A stretch of 32,000 nt of DNA from Candidatus Kuenenia stuttgartensis (GCF_900232105.1 NZ_LT934425.1:450001-482000); one strand, 5' to 3'. Counted from the first letter of the stretch, positions 19,361-29,111 are shown. The notes: generated from the sequence alone by a model not told the origin. Made by a program: numbers and translations.

Positions 19361-19829
19361 ATGCATGGGAGAAAAGATGCATTATGATGTGATTATTATC
19401 GGCGGTGGTTCGGCAGGGTAGACCTGATATTATTATGAAAAGATGTTTGCGTTACAAATGGCAGAGAAGGAACTCAGGGACATGCTGAAAGTTGTTTTAA
19501 AGACATTTGATTTAAGGGAATTAATCCACATAATACCAAAAGAAGATTATTTACTTGTCCTTGAAGAGGCAAAATATTTTATGGAAGACTCCGTTATCAG
19601 CGAGATTCACGCAATGCCCGGTTTCTTTTCCAAAAATAAGATTGCATCAAGATTAAATAATGGATTTGAGTTTGATCGCTGACTGGAAGTCACGGCTAAA
19701 GCCGATGTTTTCGTTATACTGATCTCCGCCATAAATGGCGGAGTTAAAGGATAACCAGCTTTCTTCTATGAACTAAACCCGACTTCCGGTCTGGGATGCG
19801 GAACAAAAGTCGCGTGAAGAAATCCAACC

Positions 19830-20690
19830 CGGAAATTTAAACGGAGTCAAAGTCCTTATTTTAGATGACAATGACACGAACCGCTTAATTTTGATGGAAA
19901 TGCTTTCAGGTTGGGGAGCTATTGTATCGGAGGCGTCATGCGGAGAATAAGTGCTGGAGATGCTTAAGGATGCAACTATTGCGGACACACCCTTTTGGGT
20001 ACTTCTGCCGGACTGCCGCATGCCAGGCATGGATGGGTTTCAGGTTGCGGAAAATATTAAAAACGATCCGAAACTTGATGGAATAACGGTTATGATGCTT
20101 AACTCTGACAACAGAAACAGCGATTCTGACAGGGCTAAAAAATTAGGGGTGCATTCCCGATTTTTTGCAAATATTCGCACCTACATGTTGGCTAACAGGT
20201 ATTGTATCGCAAACATCTTGTTTGATTAACCCTGACAGGGTTTGGAACCCTGTCAGGGTTGTTTCTGTCATTTTCAAGCGGTAAAAGACAGGCTTGAAAC
20301 CTGTCTCTACGTTACTGTTAACCCCTACTGATTGTTTTTTTGCAAAAAATCTGGAATGCATCCCATCGTATATTGTCAAGCCGGTAAAACGTAGTGAACT
20401 TTTAAATACCATCGGTCTTGCCGTGAGAAAAACACAAACTCTCACGAAGGAACCAATAAGAGAAGACTTGCCGAATAATCGTGAAGATATTGATTTATTG
20501 AATATCCTTCTCGTTGAAGATTATATTTATAACCGCATTGTCGTTCAGTCATATTTAAAAAACAGCGCCAACATTGATATTGCAGAGAATGGAAAGATCG
20601 GTGTAGAAAAATTTAAGTTAAAAAAGTATGATATCTTATTAATGGATTTGCAAATGCCGGTGCAGAACAAAGCGGGAGAAACGTAGTTAC
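19830..20690 (+). pseudogene. remnant of a multi-receiver (hybrid histidine kinase) protein, interrupted by an inverted-repeat insertion
   Basis: NLNGVKVLILDDNDTNRLILMEMLSGWGAIVSEASCGE*VLEMLKDATIADTPFWVLLPDCRMPGMDGFQVAENIKND...KKLGVH, then after ~200 bp SYIVKPVKRSELLNTIGLAVRK...ILLVEDYIYNRIVVQSYLKNSANIDIAENG...YDILLMDLQMPVQN. Confidence 0.85.
20148..20363. mobile_element. ~216-bp MITE-like insertion, GGTGCATTCCCGATTTTTTGC family
   Basis: Left arm ggtgcattcccgattttttgc; right arm reverse complement ggatgcattccagattttttgc. Contains hairpin aaccctgacagggtttggaaccctgtcagggtt (20228-20260). Confidence 0.78.
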
Positions 20691-20982
20691 AGTAATCCCC
20701 GACCTTAAAGAATCTGAATTGGCAATGATTATAGAAGCATGCGCAAAGGAAAGACATTCAGAAAAGATACAAATACAATTAAAAGAATTTTCAAATTACA
20801 TGGAAACCCTTAAGGTTGTTTATGGAAAAAACTGAGCACAAAACCATTCTGCCGAAACCATGTAATCTCACTAAAAAGATCTATTCCCCGAATAGTTACC
20901 AAAAAAGAAACACAATACATTGAATACATCTTTCTCATGAACCGTAAAATAACTTCCCATTAATGGAGATTTAAAAACAACT

Positions 20983-23247
20983 ATGCAAAAAACACTTAAG
21001 ACATTAGAAGAGTCATGCAATTATTATAAAAACCTTTATAATACTTCTCCCATTGGCTATGTCTCTTTAGATAGCAATGGTCTTATACGGGAAATAAACC
21101 AAACCGGGGCAAAGCTGCTGGGAGTAGAACAAAATAAATTAACAAATACTTCTTTTCTTGATTTTGTGACGGCAGAAACTTCTGATATTTTTTTAAATCA
21201 TCTGAAACAATGCGAACATTCTATTGAACAGGTAATTTCTGAAATAATCATTTCAGCAAAAGGGCACCACCGTACAACCCTCCAATTGATCAGCATAAAA
21301 AACAAAGATGAGAATGGTTGCACCATTTACAGAACCGCTATAGTTAATACTTCGGGAGGTTTACAGCAAAGCATTTCCGGCAGGGACAAACCATTTGTTG
21401 ACTATGAAAACGCCACAACAGAAGCACTTGCAAAAGAAAACAAGAGGCTTAGAGAGGAATTGTCCGGACATTTAAGGGCAGAAGAAGACCTGCGCAAATT
21501 ATCACGCGCAATAGAACAAAGTCCATGCACCGTAGTAATCACCAACGCAAAAGGCATTATTGAATACGTCAACCCCAAGTTTACTCAGTTGACCGGCTAT
21601 GCGCCTGAAGAGGTAGTTGGGAAAAACCCGAATATCTTAAAACCAGACAATATTCTGGCAGAGGAATTTGACCATTTATGGAAGACAATTACTTCTGGAA
21701 AAGAATGGCAGGGAAAATTTCGTAACAAAAAAAAGAACGGCGATTTGTATTGGGAATATGCATATATATCTCCCGTAAAAAACCAATCAGACAGCATCAC
21801 TCATTTTATCGCGGTAAAAGAAGACATCACCGAACGCTTAAAAGCTGAGGAAGAATTAAGTAAATTTTCACGCGCCATCGAACAAAGTCCCGTCATCACC
21901 ATTATAACCAATTCCAGGGGCATCATAGAATACGTTAATCCACGGTTCACAGAATCAAGCGGTTACACCGCCAAAGAGGTTATCGGGAAAAACCCCCGCG
22001 TTCTCAAGCCGGAAAACATTTCTTCCGAAGAGTTTGCAGAACTATGGAAGACCCTTCTTTCGGGGAAAGAACTTAATGGAGAATTTTGCTGCAAAAAGAA
22101 GAACGGTGAAATGTATTGGGAAAATGTATATCTCTCTCCAATCAGAAACCATGAGGGCAAAATCACCCACTTTATCATTGTAAAAGAGGATATCACCGAA
22201 CGTAAACTGATGGAAGAAGAGCGGATCAGGCACATTAAAGAATTGGAAGACCTGATGTCTTTTTCTACAATCATCAACGAAGAAGATGTACAGGAAGAAG
22301 CTCTTTTTAAACATCTTGTCTCTGCACTGCAAAAAAACTTTGCTCCGGACATCGCTGCCGCAATCATGCTTGACAAGGAAAAAAACATGCTTTACCTGCC
22401 GGTCATTGACCCTGTAATGCACGCCGGGGAATTAATACATAAGGAAGCAATACTTGACCCTTCACTGTGCAAAGTAATGAATACCGGGAAAAAATCCATC
22501 GTAAATGATATTACCACCGAATCTCCGTGTGAATGTATTGTAACACACGGGAAAAGAGGCGGGTATGTTTGTTTTCCCATCATTATTGGAAACAAGACAG
22601 CAGGTATGGTGCTCATGATGAAAAAAGAATTCAGCACATGGAAAAACAAAAAAACCCAAAGGCTTATGTCTAATTATACAGAAACGGCAGCGCTCGCTCT
22701 GCACAAATTGGAACTTCTTGAGATAGCAAAACATACAAACGTGATGGACGAATTTCAAGGAATATACAATAAACGGTATTTTACAGAACTATTGACAAAG
22801 CAACTCGCAGTGGCAAAAAGAAGGGACGAAAACCTAAGCCTTCTTATATTGGGTCCCGACAATCACAAAGCGACAACCGAAACATACGGCTCCAATAATG
22901 CGGGGAATCTCCTCCTGCAGCAGATAGCGGGAGTCTTAAGCGACTCGGTCAGTAATTCCGATATTATAGCAAGGTATGATAAAGCGGAATTCGCCATTAT
23001 TATGCCGGCAACCTTTGCCACAAGGGCGCTGGTGAAAGCAGACGGAATCAGACAACGCGTAGAATATACCGGTTTTCATGATCCGGCTTCAGGCAATCAG
23101 GTAAACATTACTATCAGCATCGGCATCTCCTCATTTCCGGAACACGCATCCGAAGTGGAACCTTTGGTGACGCTCGCAAATAAGGCCTTCTACAAAGCGA
23201 AAAACGATGGAGGAAACAGGGTTGAAGCCATTGTTACTTCCAGATAA
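20983..23247 (+). CDS. PAS-PAS-PAS-GAF-GGDEF-like signalling protein with degenerate GGDEF motif
   Basis: Two near-identical PAS modules (RAIEQSPCTVVITNAKGIIEYVNPKFTQLTGY; RAIEQSPVITIITNSRGIIEYVNPRFTESSGY) after an N-terminal PAS (NTSPIGYVSLDSNGLIREIN). GAF-like segment, then RYDKAEFAIIMP and ITISIGISSFPEHASEVEPLVTLANKAFYKAKNDGGNRV. Confidence 0.92.
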   Translation: MQKTLKTLEESCNYYKNLYNTSPIGYVSLDSNGLIREINQTGAKLLGVEQNKLTNTSFLDFVTAETSDIFLNHLKQCEHSIEQVISEIIISAKGHHRTTLQLISIKNKDENGCTIYRTAIVNTSGGLQQSISGRDKPFVDYENATTEALAKENKRLREELSGHLRAEEDLRKLSRAIEQSPCTVVITNAKGIIEYVNPKFTQLTGYAPEEVVGKNPNILKPDNILAEEFDHLWKTITSGKEWQGKFRNKKKNGDLYWEYAYISPVKNQSDSITHFIAVKEDITERLKAEEELSKFSRAIEQSPVITIITNSRGIIEYVNPRFTESSGYTAKEVIGKNPRVLKPENISSEEFAELWKTLLSGKELNGEFCCKKKNGEMYWENVYLSPIRNHEGKITHFIIVKEDITERKLMEEERIRHIKELEDLMSFSTIINEEDVQEEALFKHLVSALQKNFAPDIAAAIMLDKEKNMLYLPVIDPVMHAGELIHKEAILDPSLCKVMNTGKKSIVNDITTESPCECIVTHGKRGGYVCFPIIIGNKTAGMVLMMKKEFSTWKNKKTQRLMSNYTETAALALHKLELLEIAKHTNVMDEFQGIYNKRYFTELLTKQLAVAKRRDENLSLLILGPDNHKATTETYGSNNAGNLLLQQIAGVLSDSVSNSDIIARYDKAEFAIIMPATFATRALVKADGIRQRVEYTGFHDPASGNQVNITISIGISSFPEHASEVEPLVTLANKAFYKAKNDGGNRVEAIVTSR

Positions 23248-23375
23248 GTTAATGCCCCCTGCTTTCTTATTAATGGAGAATATGACACGGTCGGCAGTCT
23301 ACAGTCATCAAATTGCAGATTGAGGACTGCCGACTGTAGATTGTGGACTGCCGATTGAAAAGTTACAAGCCCTGT

Positions 23376-23945
23376 CTAAGGAATAATAATTTCCACTAAC
23401 GCCCGCTTCGGTACATGGTGTATCATTTCCTTGTCCCTCCAGTATTTTATGTCCCCGTCGCTGCCCACCGGCTCAATAAGCACCTTCTCCTTCGGTTTTC
23501 CCAGCGCCAATACAAGAAGGATTTCATACTCACCGGGAATGTTCAATACGTTTCGCAATCCTTCTTTCTGTATTGATCCAATAATACATCCACCAAGCCC
23601 ATTTTCCGTTGCCCCAAGGAGAATACTCTGCGCCGCAACGCCATGGTCGCACCAAAAGTTTTTGCTGATAGTGGTATCCCCAAGCATTACTATATATGCA
23701 GAAGGCCTCTCCCCTTCCACAGGCCCGGGCCAGTCCTGCAGGTAACCCGCCCAGGCAAGATGCGGGAATATTAAGGCATTCTTTTGTACGTCACAGGAAA
23801 GCATATATTTCAACGGCTGCATGTTGCCGGCAGATGCAGAAAGTCGTGCGTAATCTACAAGGGTTTCCAATACTTCCCTCTCTATCAGAAATTCCTGATA
23901 AAATCTCCGGTAACTTCTGTTTTTTATAATCATATCTTTCAGCAT
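23376..23945 (-). CDS. nitroreductase family protein
   Basis: MIIKNRSYRRFYQEFLIEREVLETLVDYARLSASAGNMQPLKYML ... GGCIIGSIQKEGLRNVLNIPGEYEILLVLALGKPKEK. Confidence 0.9.
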   Translation of the reverse strand: MLKDMIIKNRSYRRFYQEFLIEREVLETLVDYARLSASAGNMQPLKYMLSCDVQKNALIFPHLAWAGYLQDWPGPVEGERPSAYIVMLGDTTISKNFWCDHGVAAQSILLGATENGLGGCIIGSIQKEGLRNVLNIPGEYEILLVLALGKPKEKVLIEPVGSDGDIKYWRDKEMIHHVPKRALVEIIIP

Positions 23946-23997
23946 TTTTGCCCTCCTTCATAACTTCTCAAAAAGTTTAGGTTTTTATAATAATTTC

Positions 23998-24418
23998 GTA
24001 ACACTTTAGTTTTTTGAAAAAACAAAAACGCTCGTTCCCAAGCTCCGCAGACTGGGTCAAATGAACTTTGTTGCCTCAAAAGTGGGGGCAACTCCTCGCA
24101 TTATGCCTGTTTTCGACCCTATTTAGTGCTGTTTTTCCCATTAAAGTGGAGAATGCCTGTCGTAAAATAGGATAAATTGTCCATTTGACCCAGTCTGTCC
24201 GGCTTGGGAACGCAATGGTATTGGAAGCTCTCGCTTCCACTCAGCAAGCATTATTCGGCTCAAAATAGGACGCCAAATATCTTGATAATATACTGAAAAG
24301 TATAAGCTGACATGTGCCCATTCTCTTTTTCATTCGAAGCTGGAGCTTCTCAAACAATCCCGTTCCCAAGCCGGAGCTTGGGAACGAGCGTTTTTTTTTC
24401 ATAGAACTAAAGTGTTAC
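23998..24418. mobile_element. 421-bp non-autonomous IS66-like element (GTAACACTTTAG ends)
   Basis: Ends gtaacactttagtt...aactaaagtgttac. Exact 8-bp flanking direct repeat ataatttc at 23990-23997 and 24419-24426. No transposase ORF. Confidence 0.9.
24049..24196. repeat. nested inverted-repeat insert inside 23998-24418
   Basis: agactgggtcaaatg ... catttgacccagtct located inside the GCTCGTTCCCAAGCTCCG/CCGGCTTGGGAACG hairpin. Confidence 0.75.
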
Positions 24419-24627
24419 ATAATTTCTACCTTCTACAGTCTGCAATCTACAATCTACAATCGGCAATATACCGACTGTAGATTGCAGACCAATGTCATTA
24501 AATTAAGCAGCCGGCAGCAAAAAGTCCCCCTTTAAAAAAGAGGATAAAGGGGGTTGCTTTTAATCAAATATCCTTAACTTAATGACATTGGATTGCCGAT
24601 TGCCGACTGTCTTGTATCTGGATTTAT

Positions 24628-26616
24628 TTAACCGGAATCATATTCCGCCTGTCTAACGGTAAATACCGGACAGTGCGCCTTGCGTACAACCGTTTCTGCA
24701 ACACTGCCCATAATTGCATGGGATATACCCGTTCTGCCGTGCGTGCCCATTACAATCAGGTCGATAGCATACTCCCTTGCCGCCTTAACTATTTCAACAA
24801 ATGGAACCCCCTGTACGATGATACTCTCAACGGGCATCTTGCTCCGGATGTCTTCTTGTACGCATCTGAGCAGTCTCTCCTTTAATTCTTTGATAGCACT
24901 TTCATCCCCGATATTGAAGCGGTAAAGCACCGGCTCATTGACACCATGGACACGCGCATCAAGTACGTGTATCAAATAGAGTTTTGATCCATATTTGCCG
25001 GCAATCTCTATTGCATAATTTAATGCCTTTTCTGAATATATGGAGTAATCTACCGGACATAGAATGTTTTTTGGTTCAGACTCAGGGGTGCGCGGATGAG
25101 TGACTTGGCAGTCCTTCCTAAGAGCGGTAAACAAGGCAAGGCACATGAAAACCATAATAACTGCGAAGGGAAGGGCAGTGACGATGGAGGCTGTTTGTAA
25201 TCCGGCCAGGCCGCCGCTGAAAAGCAGTACCGCCGCGATGGAAGACAGGAGAATACCCCAAATCACCTTGGTCGAAGTGGGAGGGTTTGCACTGCCGTTG
25301 GTAGTAAGCATGCCCAGTACGAATGTGGCAGAGTCGGCAGAAGTAACAAAAAAGGTAACGATAAGGAGTGCAGCGAGGGTGCCGAGTACGATGCCCAGGG
25401 GAAATTGCTCCAGGGTAATGAAAAGTGCAGAGGTCATGTCGGATTGTACGGCATCGGCAATACTGCCATCCTGAAAAAGATCAAAATATAGGGCTGATCC
25501 TCCAAATGCGGCAAACCAGAGGGCGCCGATAACGGACGGAACGAAGAGAACGCCTATCACAAATTCGCGAACAGTCCGGCCTTTGGAGATGCGGGCGATA
25601 AAGGTACCGACGAAGGGCGCCCATGCAATCCACCATGACCAGTAAAACAGTGTCCACGACCCAACCCATTCATCACCCTGTCTGAAGGGAGTGAGACGGA
25701 ACGACATCTTCACGAACTCGTGTAAATAGCTGCCGAGAACGGTGGTAAAAGAATCCAGGATGAACACGGTGGGACCGCAAACCAGGACGAATGCGAGGAG
25801 GAGTCCGGCGATAAGCAGATTAATGTTGCTGAGATAGAGAATGCCTTTGTTGAGTCCTGTGCTGGCCGAGATGAGATATAAAACCGTAACAATAACTATG
25901 ATCAGCATTTGGATAGGAACCGTGTTGGGAACGCCAAAAATATGATGCAAACCACCGTTTATTTGTAGGGTACCTAGACCAAGAGAAGTAGCCACTCCAC
26001 AAACGGTAGCAAGGACGGCGAGTATATCAATAAGTTGGCCGATGGGACCGTCCACTTTCCGTCCGATAAGAGGGCGAAAGACCGTACAGATCAATCCGGA
26101 TTCTCCTCTCCGGAATTGGGCGTAAGCCATGGAGAGGCCAATGACCGCATAAATAGCCCAGGGATGGAGGCACCAATGAAAGAAGGAATAGCGCAGCGCC
26201 ATCCGGGCGGCTTCTGGCGAATGTGGTTCCGCCAGCCCGTGAGGCGGGTGTGCGAAATGATTCATCGGTTCAGCCACGCCGAAGAAAACGAGGCCGATAC
26301 CCATGCCGGCGGAGAAGAGCATCGCAAGCCAGGATGAAAAGGAATATTCAGGCGGATCATCCTGTTTGCCGAGTTTAATATAGGCATAAGGGCTGAAGAT
26401 GAGATAGAGGCAAAAGCCGACAAACCCCGCGGTGGATAAGAGATAAAACCAGCCAAAATTGCTGATGGTAAGGGTGAGAGTACTTTGGGCAGTATCGGCC
26501 AGGTGCTCATGGGCAAAATAACCCCAGAATACCAGCAGTGCAGTTAGAACGACAGAAACATAAAAAACCGGCGTATGATGCTTCATGAGATGGCGAAAAT
26601 GCGCCCCCCCTATCAT
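24628..26616 (-). CDS. BCCT-family betaine/choline transporter fused to a C-terminal universal stress protein (UspA) domain
   Basis: SAGMGIGLVFFGVAEPMNHF, FSFRLTPFRQGDEWVGSWTLFYWSWWIAWAPFVGTFIARISKGRTVREF (approximately); C-terminal NILCPVDYSIYSEKALNYAIEIA...DLIVMGTHGRTGISHAIMGSVAETVVRKAHCPVFTVR. Confidence 0.95.
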   Translation of the reverse strand: MIGGAHFRHLMKHHTPVFYVSVVLTALLVFWGYFAHEHLADTAQSTLTLTISNFGWFYLLSTAGFVGFCLYLIFSPYAYIKLGKQDDPPEYSFSSWLAMLFSAGMGIGLVFFGVAEPMNHFAHPPHGLAEPHSPEAARMALRYSFFHWCLHPWAIYAVIGLSMAYAQFRRGESGLICTVFRPLIGRKVDGPIGQLIDILAVLATVCGVATSLGLGTLQINGGLHHIFGVPNTVPIQMLIIVIVTVLYLISASTGLNKGILYLSNINLLIAGLLLAFVLVCGPTVFILDSFTTVLGSYLHEFVKMSFRLTPFRQGDEWVGSWTLFYWSWWIAWAPFVGTFIARISKGRTVREFVIGVLFVPSVIGALWFAAFGGSALYFDLFQDGSIADAVQSDMTSALFITLEQFPLGIVLGTLAALLIVTFFVTSADSATFVLGMLTTNGSANPPTSTKVIWGILLSSIAAVLLFSGGLAGLQTASIVTALPFAVIMVFMCLALFTALRKDCQVTHPRTPESEPKNILCPVDYSIYSEKALNYAIEIAGKYGSKLYLIHVLDARVHGVNEPVLYRFNIGDESAIKELKERLLRCVQEDIRSKMPVESIIVQGVPFVEIVKAAREYAIDLIVMGTHGRTGISHAIMGSVAETVVRKAHCPVFTVRQAEYDSG

Positions 26617-27485
26617 TGAACCGGTCTGGAGCCTACAAAACTATCATGGAAAACATCCGGTTTTTGAAAAAGGAAAATGCCCCATTTGAGATACCCTTTC
26701 TCGCCGTTCTTAATCCAGTGACCCAATCCTGTTTTCATTCTCTCAATGTATTCCGGTGTGCACTGCCGGACGATTTCTGTTTCCCGTCCGGTAATTTCCT
26801 CTAAAACACGTCTATAATGAATGGGGAGTTGGGAAGACAAATCTTCGAATTTTAGCTCAATCCAACCAAGTTGAGCGGCTATTTTGCGATAAACACCGGG
26901 CGAGCCAAGCGATTCGAGGTGAATTCGCGCCAGCACTGGGGCGAGAGCTTCCTTAGGGCATTCGTCACTTTGCATGGGGTCTGTAAAGATGAAGACCCCG
27001 CCTGGTTTGAGGACACGATGAACTTCCTCCAGCACTTTTTTGCGGTCGTCGCTGTGAAGGATGGCATCCTGTGACCAGACAACCTCAAAGCTATTCGGGG
27101 AAAACGGGATATTTTCAAAACTGCCGTCAACAACTTCGATGAGTGAATCCAATCCGGCTTCTTCGGTTTGTTGGCGGTTTTTTTGATTCTGGACATCGCT
27201 GAGGTTGAGGCAAGTGACCTCACATTGGAACTGCATGGCAAGATACCGTGCGGAGCCGCCGTAACCTGCACCGATATCGAGTACCCGGGTAGAGGCGTTC
27301 AGCCGCGGAAGGAAGGCACACATGGTTTCGACTGTGCGCCTGCTGGCCGCGAATATAGACTCGGAAGGATACCGATAGATCCCTATGTGGATGTCTTCAC
27401 CTCCCCATACGGAGTAATAAAAACGGTCTGCGCTTTGATCGTTATAATAATCCCTGGTGGTTGTTTCGGGCCGGGAATAAGTCAT
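26613..27485 (-). CDS. sarcosine/dimethylglycine N-methyltransferase
   Basis: SAM methyltransferase VLDIGAGYGGSARYLA, SQDAILHSDDRKKVLEEVHRVLKPGGVFIFTDPMQSD. Follows a GSMT-like gene. Confidence 0.88.
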   Translation of the reverse strand: MTYSRPETTTRDYYNDQSADRFYYSVWGGEDIHIGIYRYPSESIFAASRRTVETMCAFLPRLNASTRVLDIGAGYGGSARYLAMQFQCEVTCLNLSDVQNQKNRQQTEEAGLDSLIEVVDGSFENIPFSPNSFEVVWSQDAILHSDDRKKVLEEVHRVLKPGGVFIFTDPMQSDECPKEALAPVLARIHLESLGSPGVYRKIAAQLGWIELKFEDLSSQLPIHYRRVLEEITGRETEIVRQCTPEYIERMKTGLGHWIKNGEKGYLKWGIFLFQKPDVFHDSFVGSRPVQ

Positions 27486-28324
27486 AAGGCAATTTTCTCT
27501 GGTTCATTTTCGTAACGTTTCTCAGCGAGATGAATAAAGAAATCGGGATCTGCCTGATGGTAAGTTTCCTCGAAATCACCGACGGTGCGAATTGTCTGGA
27601 AACCAACTTCGAACATGAGTCTGCGTGTATAATCTTTTCGGAGGGGAAACATATTCAGGTGAAAATTGGAACCGTCGGTGAATTCATAGCGAAACCGTGC
27701 CAGGCCTTCATCAACATATTCGGGTTCAGCTCTGACGTTTTCTCCGCAGTAATAGTAAGTGTGTTTGGATTTGAAGCCTTCGTCAAGAATAATGTCATAA
27801 TTCCGCTGGTCGAGAACAAGAATGCCATCATGGCGAAGGACGGCGTAAAATTCCGCGAGGGCTTTGCGCCGGTCATGTTCATTGAATAGATGGGTAAAGG
27901 AATTTCCCAGGCAAATCACGGCGTCAAATTTGCCGTGAACATCCCGATTAAGCCAGCGCCAGTCCGCCTGCACCGTGCGGAGAATAAAGCCGTGTTCACG
28001 CCCGGTAGCAAAGGCTTTGGCAAGCATTTCAGGGCTTCCATCAGCACTGACCACTTCAAAACCGGCTTTGAGGAGCCGGATAGAATGAAAGCCGGTACCG
28101 GTCGCAACGTCGAGGATTTTACGGGCGCCGCGGCGGCGGAGTTCTTCGATAAAAAATTCTCCTTCACTGGAGGCACGGGCATCCCAGTCGATCAACTCGT
28201 CCCATTTCTCCACAAAACTGTGAACGTATTCAGCCTTGTAATTATCGGTTCGCCGGATAGATTGAGGATTTTTGCCGAAATCCTGGTGGTTCTTTTTTGT
28301 ACTTGTATTCGTATTCATTTTCAT
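27482..28324 (-). CDS. glycine/sarcosine N-methyltransferase
   Basis: YVHSFVEKWDELIDWDARASSEGEFFIEELRRRGARKILDVATGTGFHSIRLLKAGFEVVSADGSPEML; VICLGNSFTHL; VLDQRNYDIILD. Confidence 0.9.
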   Translation of the reverse strand: MKMNTNTSTKKNHQDFGKNPQSIRRTDNYKAEYVHSFVEKWDELIDWDARASSEGEFFIEELRRRGARKILDVATGTGFHSIRLLKAGFEVVSADGSPEMLAKAFATGREHGFILRTVQADWRWLNRDVHGKFDAVICLGNSFTHLFNEHDRRKALAEFYAVLRHDGILVLDQRNYDIILDEGFKSKHTYYYCGENVRAEPEYVDEGLARFRYEFTDGSNFHLNMFPLRKDYTRRLMFEVGFQTIRTVGDFEETYHQADPDFFIHLAEKRYENEPEKIAL

Positions 28325-28807
28325 AATTTATAGATATTCCTCCTCTGGAGATTTTTAATACGATAAAAAGATAAATAGGTACGTTTCGTCGATCGGTATT
28401 TTTATGCTAACCAGCATGTAAATTTTTGTCAACCATAAAAAACGCTGTTAAAACAGCCCTTTCGAGGTATTTCAGATTGCCGGTTGCCTGTATCAAGCCT
28501 GATAACGAGGACATAGCATTTTATAAATCAGTAGTTTTTTTATTTTTTGATAAAGTATTTAACGGTGAAATCCGAAACAAAATAACATGATGATTTTTTG
28601 AAACATTTTATTTTTTTGAAAAAAACAGAATACTCTTTTACAAGTTCCGCTGACAGGGTCAAATGTTCAATATTCAATTCTCAAATTATTGCTCATGTGA
28701 ATAATTTTAATTACCTATGCACTTGACTGAACTGACCTTAATTATGTAGTATGCAAACAAAGTATTTTCATATGAATCAACATAGTCTTTGCAAACTGAG
28801 TATATTA

Positions 28808-29020
28808 AACCTGACGGGGTTCGAAACGGGTGCATTCACGATTTTTTGTATATCTTCACACATTTTGTTTTTTTACAAAGAATTGTAATACTTTAGTCCT
28901 ATGAAAAAAACCGCTCGTTCCCAAGCCGAAGCTTGGGAACGAGCATTTTTGTTTTTCCAAAAATCTAAACTGTTACAAAAAATCAGGAATGCTCCCTTCG
29001 AAATTCGAAACCGTGTCAGG
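28808..29020. repeat. three-level nested inverted-repeat structure
   Basis: Outer arms aacctgacggggttcgaaac / ttcgaaattcgaaaccgtgtcagg; middle arms gggtgcattcacgattttttgt / acaaaaaatcaggaatgctccc; inner gtaatactttag...taaactgttac. Confidence 0.8.
28885..28976. mobile_element. 92-bp element, GTAAyAsTTTAG family, carrying a GCTCGTTCCCAAGC hairpin
   Basis: gtaatactttagtcctatgaaaaaaaccgctcgttcccaagccgaagcttgggaacgagcatttttgtttttccaaaaatctaaactgttac. Flanks aaagaatt / aaaaaatc (imperfect). Confidence 0.75.
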
Positions 29021-29111
29021 ATTGCTTCTTTCATTTTCAGGTAAAAATTTGTATGCAATACGGTAAGATGCACAAACAATTAATTTAAAATAACGGGGGG
29101 GTTTTATTCAA

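Noticed and set aside
23289-24480. Repetitive CTACAATCTACAATCGGCAGT-type strings (23289-23357 and 24430-24490)
   Set aside because: Irregular low-complexity direct and inverted copies of a short word; not CRISPR-like because repeat and spacer lengths are irregular. May be worth counting genome-wide but no function can be claimed.
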